Source of the DNA: Longivirga aurantiaca
Lineage (GTDB): Bacteria; Actinomycetota; Actinomycetes; S36-B12; CAIYMF01
Length of the DNA: 32,000 nucleotides
Direction of reading: 5' to 3'
Assembly: GCF_042660085.1 (NCBI RefSeq)
Contig: NZ_JBHSTI010000008.1
Coordinates: 1,659,876 to 1,691,875 of the forward strand
Under the pieces are notes generated by a model. That model had not been told where the DNA came from. It saw only the letters and a list, made by a program, of their open reading frames with translations, and searched no databases. The translations under genes and the position numbers were made by a program. Positions 1-8,105 of the stretch are shown here, piece by piece; the stretch's first letter is position 1; each line of letters starts with the position of its first letter.

Positions 1-39
1 CAGGCCGAACCCTCGACCTCAGGTCAAGGGTTCGGCCTG
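1..39. terminator. Bidirectional-looking hairpin downstream of gcvH
   Basis: caggccgaaccctcgacct / aggtcaagggttcggcctg form a 19-bp stem with one G-T wobble; sits 3' of the minus-strand gcvH stop. Confidence 0.7.
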
Positions 40-64
40 GACGGTGCTGAGCGGACGGCTCCGG

Positions 65-454
65 TCAGGAGCCGGTGAGGGCGACGTACCCGGCGGCGTC
101 GAGCAGGTCGTCGAGCGAGGTCCCCTCGGCGACCCGGACCTCGGCGAGCCATCCGGCGCCGTAGGGGTCGGAGTTGATGGTCTCGGGGCTGGTCTCGACG
201 GCGTCGTTGCATGCCACGACGGTGCCCGAGACCGGTGCGTAGATGTCCGAGACGCTCTTGGTCGACTCGACCTCGCCGCACGGCTCCCCCGCGCTGACGT
301 CGGCGCCGACGGTGGGCAACGTGACGAAGACGATGTCGCCGAGCGCGTCCTGCGCGTGGTCGGTGATGCCGAAGCGCACGGTGCCGTCCGCGGTCAGGTC
401 GACCCACTCGTGCTCGCGGGTGTAGCGCAGGTTCTCGGGGGTCTGGCCGGCCAT
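65..454 (-). CDS. gcvH: Glycine cleavage system H protein
   Basis: MAGQTPENLRYTREHEWVDL...GEVESTKSVSDIYAPVSGTVVACN, the lipoyl-lysine ESTKS motif of GcvH. Confidence 0.95.
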   Translation of the reverse strand: MAGQTPENLRYTREHEWVDLTADGTVRFGITDHAQDALGDIVFVTLPTVGADVSAGEPCGEVESTKSVSDIYAPVSGTVVACNDAVETSPETINSDPYGAGWLAEVRVAEGTSLDDLLDAAGYVALTGS

Positions 455-476
455 GCGGGGGGCTCCTTCGGTGAGG

Positions 477-1250
477 TCACGAGCCGCTGGGGCTCGGTGC
501 GGGGCGAGCGTATTGCGGGGTCGAGACGGGCTGCAACGCGCGGACCACGACCTCGGTCTCCTGGACCACGTCGATGCTGCCGCCGGCGGTGCGCACGGTG
601 TCGGCCACACCACCCGGGATCTCGAGCGCCGTGGCGAGGGTCGCGGCGTCACCGATCACCTGCAGCCGGTACGGCGAGGTCAGCACCGTGCCGGACACGG
701 ACACCCCGGACGGGTCGTCCTCGAACCAGGTCGAGGCCACCACGCGGACGTCGCCGATCTGGATCGCCTCGGCGCCCGCGTCGCGCAGCTCCTGCACGGC
801 GTCGAGCAGGACCGCCGAGGTGATCGCCCCCCCGCCGTCCTGCAACGTCACCCGGATGCCCGTGCCGACCGCGGGCACCGTGCCCGCCAGGATCGCGAGG
901 GCGTCCGCCCGCGCCCGCGAGGCAGCGAGGCGCTGCTCCTCGCTGCCCGACAGCAGCCGGTCGCGGGCGGCCTCGAGGGCTCGCTGCTCGGCCTGCAGCC
1001 GGATCTGCCGCTCGGTGAGGTCGTCGAGCACGCGGACGACCTCGTCCTCGCGAGCCGTGGCCAGCAGACCGGTCTGGGCGGAGGCCTGGGTGGCCGCGAC
1101 GCCGGCGAAGCCGAGACCGACGAACAGGAGGCCGATGACGAGCTGCTGCACCGTCGCACGCGGGGCCAGCGCGGTGCGCAGCCGTGCGCGGGCGGTCTGC
1201 TCCTCCCGGCCTTCGGCGTCGGTCGCGGGCGGGGTGCTCTCGTCGCTCAT
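477..1250 (-). CDS. DUF881 family membrane-associated protein
   Basis: Single N-terminal TM, coiled-coil, then GIRVTLQDGGG...LLDAVQELRDAGAEAIQIGDVRVVASTWF typical of DUF881; paired with a second DUF881 gene and sbp. Confidence 0.85.
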   Translation of the reverse strand: MSDESTPPATDAEGREEQTARARLRTALAPRATVQQLVIGLLFVGLGFAGVAATQASAQTGLLATAREDEVVRVLDDLTERQIRLQAEQRALEAARDRLLSGSEEQRLAASRARADALAILAGTVPAVGTGIRVTLQDGGGAITSAVLLDAVQELRDAGAEAIQIGDVRVVASTWFEDDPSGVSVSGTVLTSPYRLQVIGDAATLATALEIPGGVADTVRTAGGSIDVVQETEVVVRALQPVSTPQYARPAPSPSGS

Positions 1251-1256
1251 CCGGTG

Positions 1257-1589
1257 TCAGGCCTTCAGCAGACGGCGGCGGATGGCGGCAACGTTGGCGA
1301 AGATGCGCATCGCCAGGACGACCACGACTCCCGTCGAGATCTGCGCACCGACGCCGAGCTGGTCGCCGAGGAAGACCAGGAGCGCCGCCACCACGACGTT
1401 CGACAGGAACGAGATCACGAACACCCGGTCGTCGAACACGCCGTCGAGGAGGGCGCGCGCGGCGCCGAAGACGGCGTCGAGCGCCGCGACGACGGCGATG
1501 GGCAGGTACGGCTGCATCCAGAGCGGCACGTCCGGCTGGAGGATCACGCCGAGGATGATGCCGACGAGCAGACCGACTGCGGCGATCAC
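1257..1589 (-). CDS. sbp: Small basic protein (sbp, DUF1290)
   Basis: VIAAVGLLVGIILGVILQPDVPLWMQPYLPIAVVAALDAVFGAARALLDGVFDDRVFVISFLSN; GTG start overlaps the upstream stop. Confidence 0.85.
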   Translation of the reverse strand: MIAAVGLLVGIILGVILQPDVPLWMQPYLPIAVVAALDAVFGAARALLDGVFDDRVFVISFLSNVVVAALLVFLGDQLGVGAQISTGVVVVLAMRIFANVAAIRRRLLKA

Positions 1590-2488
1590 GATCCTGCCTC
1601 CTTGCTCGTGCCGGCGTCCGGGTCGGCCCCGGCGCTCGCCGACGACCCTGCCACGGTATCCGCGCCGAGGCTCGGCACCCGCGCACGCACCGGGAGCAGC
1701 GCCGTCGAGGCGGGCAGGGTCAGGGACGTCGCCTGCTCGAACGAGAGCTTGACCCCGAACTGCTGCACGACGTCGTCGAGCTCGTTCCCCGACGTGGTCC
1801 GCGGGAACGCGACGGCGAGCGCGGCGCCGTCCCCGATCGCCTCGACCCGGTACGGCGGCAGCAGCGGGCGGAAGTCGACCAGGATCGCCGCGCCGGCCGA
1901 GCGGATGGCGGTGGTCGAGGTGAGCCTCACCCCGTTGACGGCGATCGCCTCGGCGCCCGAGGCCCACAGCGCGTTCACGGCGTTCTGCACGTCCGTGTCG
2001 AGGACGCGACCTGGGTCGTCGGTGGCGGCAGGATCCGTGCCGTCCGCGGAGTCGAGGACGACGACGAGCCCGGGGCCCTGGACGGCGGTGTACCCCGTCG
2101 CTGCCTCCAGCGAGCCGATCCGCTCGGCCAGGGCCGCGCCCTCGTCGGACTGCGCGAGGAGCACCTCCTGGGCCGCCGCGAGATCAGCACGCGTCCTTGC
2201 GATGTCCGCCTCGAGGGCTGCGATCTCCTCCTGGGTGCGGGCGACTCGGTCCACGAGGACCTGACGCGCCTTCTCCGCCTCGGGGGCAACGGCCTGACGC
2301 TGGACGACCGCGAGGGCGAGGACGCCCGCGACCGCTGCGCAGGTGAGGACGAACGCCACCCGCGTGGTCCTGGCCGGTCGGGCGCCGCGGTGCCGACGCG
2401 CGGCCTCGGCGTACTCCTCCGCGGCGTCGTCCCTGACCAGCTCGGTCAGGAGCGCCATCGAGGCTGCGGGGTCGCGCGGTGCCGGCAT
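1586..2488 (-). CDS. DUF881 family protein (second paralogue)
   Basis: TM + coiled coil + GPGLVVVLDSADGTDP...DVQNAVNALWASGAEAIAVNGVRLTSTTAIRSAG. Confidence 0.85.
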   Translation of the reverse strand: MPAPRDPAASMALLTELVRDDAAEEYAEAARRHRGARPARTTRVAFVLTCAAVAGVLALAVVQRQAVAPEAEKARQVLVDRVARTQEEIAALEADIARTRADLAAAQEVLLAQSDEGAALAERIGSLEAATGYTAVQGPGLVVVLDSADGTDPAATDDPGRVLDTDVQNAVNALWASGAEAIAVNGVRLTSTTAIRSAGAAILVDFRPLLPPYRVEAIGDGAALAVAFPRTTSGNELDDVVQQFGVKLSFEQATSLTLPASTALLPVRARVPSLGADTVAGSSASAGADPDAGTSKEAGS

Positions 2489-3081
2489 CAGCGATGCCGC
2501 AGGATGCGCCGCGCCTGCTCGATGTAGAGCAGGCCCGCCCACCAGTAGAGGACGGTGCCCCAGATCGCGAACGCCCAACCGGCGACGCGGGCGACGTCGT
2601 GGAAGTCGATGCCGGCGGCGTCCGCTCCGTCCCCGAGCAGGAGCAGCGGGAAGGCGTAGAGCAGGTTGAACGTGGCCGCCTTGCCCAGGAAGTGCACGGG
2701 CAGACCGGTGATGCCCCGGCGCTTCAACGCCGCGAGGTACAGCCCGACGACCAGGTCGCGCGACAGCAGCAGGATCACGAGCCACCACGGCACGATGCCG
2801 CGGATGGCGAGCCCGATGAGCGTCGCGGCGATGTACAGACGGTCGGCGAGCGGGTCGAGCAGCTGGCCGAGGCGGCTGATCGAGTGGGTGGCGCGGGCGA
2901 TCTTGCCGTCGAGCCAGTCGGTGAAGCCGGCGACCAGGAGGACGACCAGCGCCCACCCGTCGGCCTGCGGCACCAGGATCAGCCAGAGGAACAGCGGGAC
3001 ACCGAGGAGCCGTAGGAACGACAAGGCGTTGGGCACGGTGAGGATCCGGTCGGTCTGGACCTCCGTCTCCTGCACGTCCAT
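2488..3081 (-). CDS. CDP-alcohol phosphatidyltransferase (PgsA-like)
   Basis: CAP signature DWLDGKIARATHSISRLGQLLDPLADR; multiple TM helices; synteny as in Rv1822 pgsA2 - gcvH. Confidence 0.9.
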   Translation of the reverse strand: MDVQETEVQTDRILTVPNALSFLRLLGVPLFLWLILVPQADGWALVVLLVAGFTDWLDGKIARATHSISRLGQLLDPLADRLYIAATLIGLAIRGIVPWWLVILLLSRDLVVGLYLAALKRRGITGLPVHFLGKAATFNLLYAFPLLLLGDGADAAGIDFHDVARVAGWAFAIWGTVLYWWAGLLYIEQARRILRHR

Positions 3082-3090
3082 GCCGCGACC

Positions 3091-3807
3091 CTAACCGCCC
3101 GAGGGGTCGCCCGGAGCCGCCGCGCCCGGCAGCACCGTGTCGCCCGCCGGGGCCGCGTGCGCACCGACGGGACCGGGTGCCCGGCTGCGGCGGGCCGCGA
3201 GCATCAGGCCCACTGCAAGGCAGAGCAGCACGATGCCGGCACCGCCGAGGACGAGCGCCGCAGGCCAGGCGCGGTCGACCTCGAGCGTCACATTGAGGTC
3301 CACGTCCACCCCCGGTGTCGCGTCGGCGCGCATGAGCACGACCGTCGCGCCCTCAGGGATGCGCGCCGTGAGCACCGCTGGCGCGCCCTCGTCCTGTCGC
3401 AGCCAGAACTGCTGGGAGGACGGCGGTGGCGGCTGCTGGGTCCCCGGAACCTGGCGGGTCGTGGTCGCTCCCCCGCTGGTCAGCTCCGCAACCACGTCGT
3501 ACGGGGCACCGGCCAGGTAGATGTCGAGATCGGTGCCGGCCGCGGCACCGAGGAAGACAGGTGAGCCGTCGGCGGACCGGGCGGAGAGGGTGAGCACCCC
3601 TACCCCCTCGGGCACCGGGAGCCCCACCGCGTCGATCTGGAGGCCGTCCACGAGGAGGGCCACACCCGTCGCGCTGGCGCGGGTGGGCGTGGTGGACACG
3701 GTGCCGTCCGGGCCGAACGCCATCCCGACGACGATCCCGCCTGCGAGCAGTGCGCCACCCACGACGGCGGCCGCGACCCCCGACACGACGAACCCTGCAC
3801 GTGCCAC
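3091..3807 (-). CDS. Hypothetical protein with N- and C-terminal TM segments
   Basis: VARAGFVVSGVAAAVVGGALLAGGIVVGMAF at N-term and AALVLGGAGIVLLCLAVGLMLAARR at C-term; no family recognised. Confidence 0.65.
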   Translation of the reverse strand: MARAGFVVSGVAAAVVGGALLAGGIVVGMAFGPDGTVSTTPTRASATGVALLVDGLQIDAVGLPVPEGVGVLTLSARSADGSPVFLGAAAGTDLDIYLAGAPYDVVAELTSGGATTTRQVPGTQQPPPPSSQQFWLRQDEGAPAVLTARIPEGATVVLMRADATPGVDVDLNVTLEVDRAWPAALVLGGAGIVLLCLAVGLMLAARRSRAPGPVGAHAAPAGDTVLPGAAAPGDPSGG

Positions 3808-3896
3808 GTCGTCACGGTATCCCCGACGGGGCGACGACGACCCCGCGCCACGACGCGGACCGCCCGCGCGCACCGGGGACGCGGCATGATCGGCAC

Positions 3897-4184
3897 GTGA
3901 CCGACCAGGAGCCGCTGACCCTCGCGGCGCTCAAGCTGCAATGGATCGACGTGCTCTACGACCTAGAGGCGAACCACCGCACAGCCTGGCTGGCGCTGTT
4001 CGACGGCCGGCTCGCCTCGCTGGAGGACGACGTGCTGGTGCTCGACTTCGTCGATGCCACGAAGATGGCCGGCGTCCACGGGTACGAGCGCGGCTCCAAG
4101 CCCTCGTTCCTCGAGGCGATGAGCGATTCGATCGAACGTGTCACCGGCCGCCGCATCACCGTGACCACCACGCGCGACGTGTGA
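3897..4184 (+). CDS. Small protein resembling the C-terminal domain of DNA polymerase III gamma/tau (orphan)
   Basis: VTDQEPLTLAALKLQWIDVLYDLEANHRTAWLALFDGRLASLEDDVLVLDFVDATKMAGVHGYERGSKPSFLEAMSDSIERVTGRRITVTTTRDV; GTG start at 3897. Confidence 0.6.
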   Translation: MTDQEPLTLAALKLQWIDVLYDLEANHRTAWLALFDGRLASLEDDVLVLDFVDATKMAGVHGYERGSKPSFLEAMSDSIERVTGRRITVTTTRDV

Positions 4185-4281
4185 GCCGGGACGCCGGCGG
4201 GGGGAAGGTCCGGCGTCGAGGCAACCTCGGGCGCCCTCCGCACCGTCTCTGCTGCGAAGGCGGATCTCACCGGAGGCAGGG

Positions 4282-4788
4282 ATGACGACGGACCACGACG
4301 CGGAGTTCACCGCGTGGGTGGAGCGCACGGCCGCGTCGTTGCGCGGCACGGCGTACCTGATGTGCGGCGACTGGCACGCGGCTGACGACGTGGTGCAGGA
4401 CGCGCTCGTGCGGGTGTACGAGCGTTGGCACCGGATCAGGCCGGAGGCCGCGACGTCGTACGCACGACGGGTCGTCGCGACAGCCACGATCGACCGCGCC
4501 CGGCGGCCGTGGCGGCGCGAGGTGTCCAGCGACGTCCTGCCCGAGGTGACCGCGCTGCGGGAGGACGAGACGCCGTACGACGTCGTCGGCGCCCTCGCGC
4601 AGCTGCCGCCGCGCCAGCGCGCCGTGCTGGTGCTGCGGTTCTTCGACGATCTCGACGTGACCGAGACCGCACGGCTGCTCGGGATCACGCCCGGCACCGT
4701 CAAGAGCGCGACATCGCGCGGGCTCGACAGCCTGCGAATTCTGATGCGAACGCCCGTGCACGCGGGCCTGTCCGAGGAGACACCATGA
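4282..4788 (+). CDS. SigE-family RNA polymerase sigma-70 (ECF-like) factor
   Basis: FTAWVERTAASLRGTAYLMCGDWHAADDVVQDALVRVYERW (region 2) and LPPRQRAVLVLRFFDDLDVTETARLLGITPGTVKSATSRGL (region 4). Confidence 0.92.
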   Translation: MTTDHDAEFTAWVERTAASLRGTAYLMCGDWHAADDVVQDALVRVYERWHRIRPEAATSYARRVVATATIDRARRPWRREVSSDVLPEVTALREDETPYDVVGALAQLPPRQRAVLVLRFFDDLDVTETARLLGITPGTVKSATSRGLDSLRILMRTPVHAGLSEETP

Positions 4789-5372
4789 GCGAGAACGACA
4801 TCCGCACCCTGATGGGTTCGGCCGCGAGCGATGCCCCCGCCCGCGACTTCAGCACGCCCGTGATCGCCTCCGCCGCGGCGGCGCGCACCCGTCGCCGCCG
4901 TGCCTGGTACGGCGTCGGCGCCCTCGGTGCCGCGGCGACCGTGACCGTCGTCGCCACGGTCTCGATGGGGCTGCTGGGCAACGACGGCCCGGGAGCGCCG
5001 GTCGCGATCGGCACGCCGTCGTCGTCCGCCCCGGCCATCGACCCCGGTGCGATCTCGCTGCCGACGAGCCTGCCGCTCGGCGAGCTCGTCGGTGTCGTCG
5101 ACAGCGAGCTGCCGTCAGGAACGGCCGTCGGCGAGCTCGGCGTCGACGCCGCGTTCACTCCCGACGGTGCGATCACGCTGCCCCTGACCACGGGCTCCGG
5201 CGCTGCAGAGCTCGCGATCACCGCGACCGCAGCGGGATGCAGCGCCGAGTCGGCCGCCCTCGACGCCGCGACGCTGGACGCCATCTCGGCCGCGGTCTGC
5301 ACCGCGGCGGCGCAGTACCCCAGCCAGCCCGGCACCGTGGTCGACGGCGGGAGCATCGACCCCGCCGCCTGA
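4785..5372 (+). CDS. Single-pass membrane protein, putative anti-sigma-like partner
   Basis: ATG overlaps sigma stop (ATGA); ~40-aa Arg-ending cytoplasmic N-term, one TM (AWYGVGALGAAATVTVVATVSMGLLG), extracytoplasmic domain with paired cysteines. Confidence 0.7.
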   Translation: MSENDIRTLMGSAASDAPARDFSTPVIASAAAARTRRRRAWYGVGALGAAATVTVVATVSMGLLGNDGPGAPVAIGTPSSSAPAIDPGAISLPTSLPLGELVGVVDSELPSGTAVGELGVDAAFTPDGAITLPLTTGSGAAELAITATAAGCSAESAALDAATLDAISAAVCTAAAQYPSQPGTVVDGGSIDPAA

Positions 5373-5383
5373 CGAGCTCGCGA

Positions 5384-5421
5384 CGAAGGGCCGGGCGGAT
5401 TCCAATCCGCCCGGCCCTTCG
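5384..5421. terminator. Strong hairpin between anti-sigma-like gene and DUF4331 gene
   Basis: cgaagggccgggcggatt-cc-aatccgcccggcccttcg: perfect 18-bp inverted repeat. Confidence 0.8.
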
Positions 5422-5483
5422 CTCCGAACGAGGGTTGACCGCACGTCGTCGGGACGCGCGGCAGTCTCACCTCGGAGCCTCCT

Positions 5484-6794
5484 GTGAGCCCAACCCCCCT
5501 GCGCCGTCGTCGGCGCCTGCTCGCCCTGTCCGGCGCTCTCGCCGCCTCCTCGCTCGTGGTGGGTGCAGCAGTCGGACTCGGTTCGTCCACCGCCTCGAGC
5601 CACCGCGAGGCCCCCCTGATCTCGGGGACGCCCAAGCTCGACAACACCGACGTCTACGCGTTCGTGAGCCCGGACAAGCCGGACACCGCGACGATCGTCG
5701 CCAACTTCAACCCGTTCGAGGACCCCGCCGGCGGCCCGAACTTCTACTCGTTCGACCCGAAGGCCAAGTACTACGTCAACATCGACCTCAACGGCGACTC
5801 GAACGCAGACCTCGTCTACAGCTGGCGATTCAAGACCACGGTCCGCAACCCCGGGACGTTCCTCTACAACACGGGCCCGGTCACCCGGCTCGGGGACGCC
5901 GACCTGAACGTGGTCCAGAACTACGACCTCGTCGAGTGGAAGCGCGGCGTCGGCACCCGCGTCGTCGCCAAGGGCCTCTACACGGCGCCCGCCAACGTCG
6001 GCACCGCGTCGATGCCCGACTACGCCTCGCTGCGCACCCAGGCCGCATACACGCGCAACGGCGTCACCACGTTCGCCGGCCAGGCCGATGACCCGTTCGC
6101 CCTCGACCTGCGCGTCTTCAACCTGCTGTACGGCGGCAACCTGAGCGAGGTCGGCAACGACTCGCTCAAGGGCTACAACGTCCAGTCGATCGCCCTCCAG
6201 CTGCCGGTGTCCCAGCTCGGTGGCAAGAAGAACATCATCGGCATCTGGTCCTCGACCAAGAAGGCGACCGCGACAGGCACGTACGTCCAGGTGTCGCGCC
6301 TCGGCATGCCCCTCGTCAACGAGGTCGTCATCCCGCTCAAGGACAAGGACCGGTTCAACGCGTCCAAGCCGTCGAGCGACGTGCAGTTCCTGCCCTACGT
6401 CGTGAAGCCCGAGCTGCCCAAGCTGCTCAACGCCGTGTACGGCCTCCCGGTGCCCAAGGAGCCGCGCAACGACCTCGTGCAGGTGTTCCTGACCGGCGTC
6501 CCCGGCCTCAACCAGCCGAAGAACGTGAAGGCCGCGGAGATGCTGCGCCTCAACCTCACGCCCTTCACCGGTCAGACCTTCAGCAGGCTCGGTGTCATCG
6601 GCGGCGACCTCAACGGCTTCCCGAACGGTCGACGCCTCGCTGACGACGTCCTCGACATCGGTCTCCAGGTCGTGGCCGGCGAGCTCGTGGGCATGCCGAA
6701 CGACCTCGGTGACGGCGTCGATGCCAACGACGTGGCGTTCACCAGCACGTTCCCGTACGTCGCCCTCCCCCACAGCGGCTCGACCGTCCGCTGA
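5484..6794 (+). CDS. DUF4331 domain-containing secreted protein
   Basis: Signal peptide then SSHREAPLISGTPKLDNTDVYAFVSPDKPDTATIVANFNPFEDPAGGPNFYSFDPKAKYYVNIDLNGDSNADLVY, hallmark of DUF4331. Confidence 0.92.
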   Translation: MSPTPLRRRRRLLALSGALAASSLVVGAAVGLGSSTASSHREAPLISGTPKLDNTDVYAFVSPDKPDTATIVANFNPFEDPAGGPNFYSFDPKAKYYVNIDLNGDSNADLVYSWRFKTTVRNPGTFLYNTGPVTRLGDADLNVVQNYDLVEWKRGVGTRVVAKGLYTAPANVGTASMPDYASLRTQAAYTRNGVTTFAGQADDPFALDLRVFNLLYGGNLSEVGNDSLKGYNVQSIALQLPVSQLGGKKNIIGIWSSTKKATATGTYVQVSRLGMPLVNEVVIPLKDKDRFNASKPSSDVQFLPYVVKPELPKLLNAVYGLPVPKEPRNDLVQVFLTGVPGLNQPKNVKAAEMLRLNLTPFTGQTFSRLGVIGGDLNGFPNGRRLADDVLDIGLQVVAGELVGMPNDLGDGVDANDVAFTSTFPYVALPHSGSTVR

Positions 6795-6799
6795 CCAGT

Positions 6800-6829
6800 G
6801 CGGGGCCCCGGCAGCCGCCGGGGCCCCGC
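6800..6829. terminator. Hairpin immediately downstream of the DUF4331 gene
   Basis: gcggggccccggc-agcc-gccggggccccgc: perfect 13-bp GC stem 5 nt after the stop. Confidence 0.75.
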
Positions 6830-6866
6830 GCCGCACCCGTTCCGTACCAGCCCCGGGAGACGCGCC

Positions 6867-8105
6867 GTGACGACCACCGACCTCCAGCCCCTCGCACCGC
6901 CCGAGCCCGCGCGACGCGGCCGTCGGCGCGTCGCCGCCGTGCTCGTGGGCGCCGTCGCCGTCGCCGGTCTCGTCGGCGCCGGCTCGCTGCTGCCTGCACC
7001 GTCCGCACCGACCCCGACGGCCCAGGCGCCGTCGGGCCCGACGACCACCGTCGAGGGCCTCGCGGCCTATCTGCAGTCGGTGCCCGCGGACTGGCACGGC
7101 TGGTCGAGCCTCGGAGGGCTGCAGCTCGAGCGCGCCCGCTCGACCGGATCGCCGGAGTGGTACGGACGCGCGGAGCAGTCGTTCCGCAGGTCCCTCCAGA
7201 TCCACCCCGACGACAACCCGCCCGCCCTCGCCGGTCTCGCCGCCGTCGACGCCGCGAGGCATGACTTCGCCGCCGCCGAGTCGGGCGCTCGTGCGGCACT
7301 GGCCGTCAATCCGCTCGATGCCACGGCGCAGGCGATCCTCGTCGACTCGCTCACCGAGCTCGGCCGGTACGACGAGTCGCTGGCCGCGGCCCAGCGCCTC
7401 GACGGCACGCACCCCGGGCTCTCGTCGTACACACGCCTGGCGTACCAGGAGGAGCTGCGCGGCGATGTGGCAGAGGCGCTCTCGCTCCTCGCCCTCGCTG
7501 CTGACGATGCCGCCACCCCGTCGCAGGCCGCCTTCGCCCGCTACCAGGAGGGCCTGCTCGCGCTGCAGACCGGCGACGTCGCGCGCGCCGAGCGTTCGTA
7601 CGCCGCTGGGGCCGCGGCAGCGCCGGACGACCTGTCCCTTCTGCATCTGCGGGCTCGGATCGCGGCGGCCCAGGGGCGCGGCGCCATGGCCGCCGACCTC
7701 TACCGCGCGCTCGTGCAGAGGCGGCCGACCGCGGCGCTCGCGGTCGAGGCGGCCGACGTGCTGACCGGGGCGGCCGACGCCCGGGAGAGGGCCGACCTGA
7801 TCGCCCTCGCGCAGGCGCAGCTCGCCGTTAACCGTGCGAACGGTGTGGAGCCCGAGCCGTCCGACATCGTGCTGGAGGCGACGTACGGCGATCCTGCCGC
7901 TGCCCTGCGGATGGCGGAGTCGCTGTGGTCGAGGCAGCAGGGCGTCTACGCGGCCGACGCCTACGCGGTGGCGCTGCACGCCGTCGGCCGCGACGCCGAG
8001 GCGCTGCGGTACGCCGATCGCGCCCTGTCCCTCGGGACGACCACCCCCTCGCTGCATGCGCACCGCGACGCCATCCGCGCAGCGCTGCCCGGCGGTGCGG
8101 CATGA
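6867..8105 (+). CDS. Membrane-anchored tetratricopeptide repeat protein
   Basis: N-terminal TM (VAAVLVGAVAVAGLVGAGSLL) then TPR-like helices (AEQSFRRSLQIHPDDNPPALAGLAAVDAARHDFAAAESGARAALAVNPLDATAQAILVDSL...). Confidence 0.85.
   Translation: MTTTDLQPLAPPEPARRGRRRVAAVLVGAVAVAGLVGAGSLLPAPSAPTPTAQAPSGPTTTVEGLAAYLQSVPADWHGWSSLGGLQLERARSTGSPEWYGRAEQSFRRSLQIHPDDNPPALAGLAAVDAARHDFAAAESGARAALAVNPLDATAQAILVDSLTELGRYDESLAAAQRLDGTHPGLSSYTRLAYQEELRGDVAEALSLLALAADDAATPSQAAFARYQEGLLALQTGDVARAERSYAAGAAAAPDDLSLLHLRARIAAAQGRGAMAADLYRALVQRRPTAALAVEAADVLTGAADARERADLIALAQAQLAVNRANGVEPEPSDIVLEATYGDPAAALRMAESLWSRQQGVYAADAYAVALHAVGRDAEALRYADRALSLGTTTPSLHAHRDAIRAALPGGAA

Noticed and set aside
5115-8063. A 982-aa minus-strand ORF
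   Set aside because: Shadow of DUF4331 and TPR genes in a high-GC genome; composition consistent with antisense of real codons and no recognisable domain.
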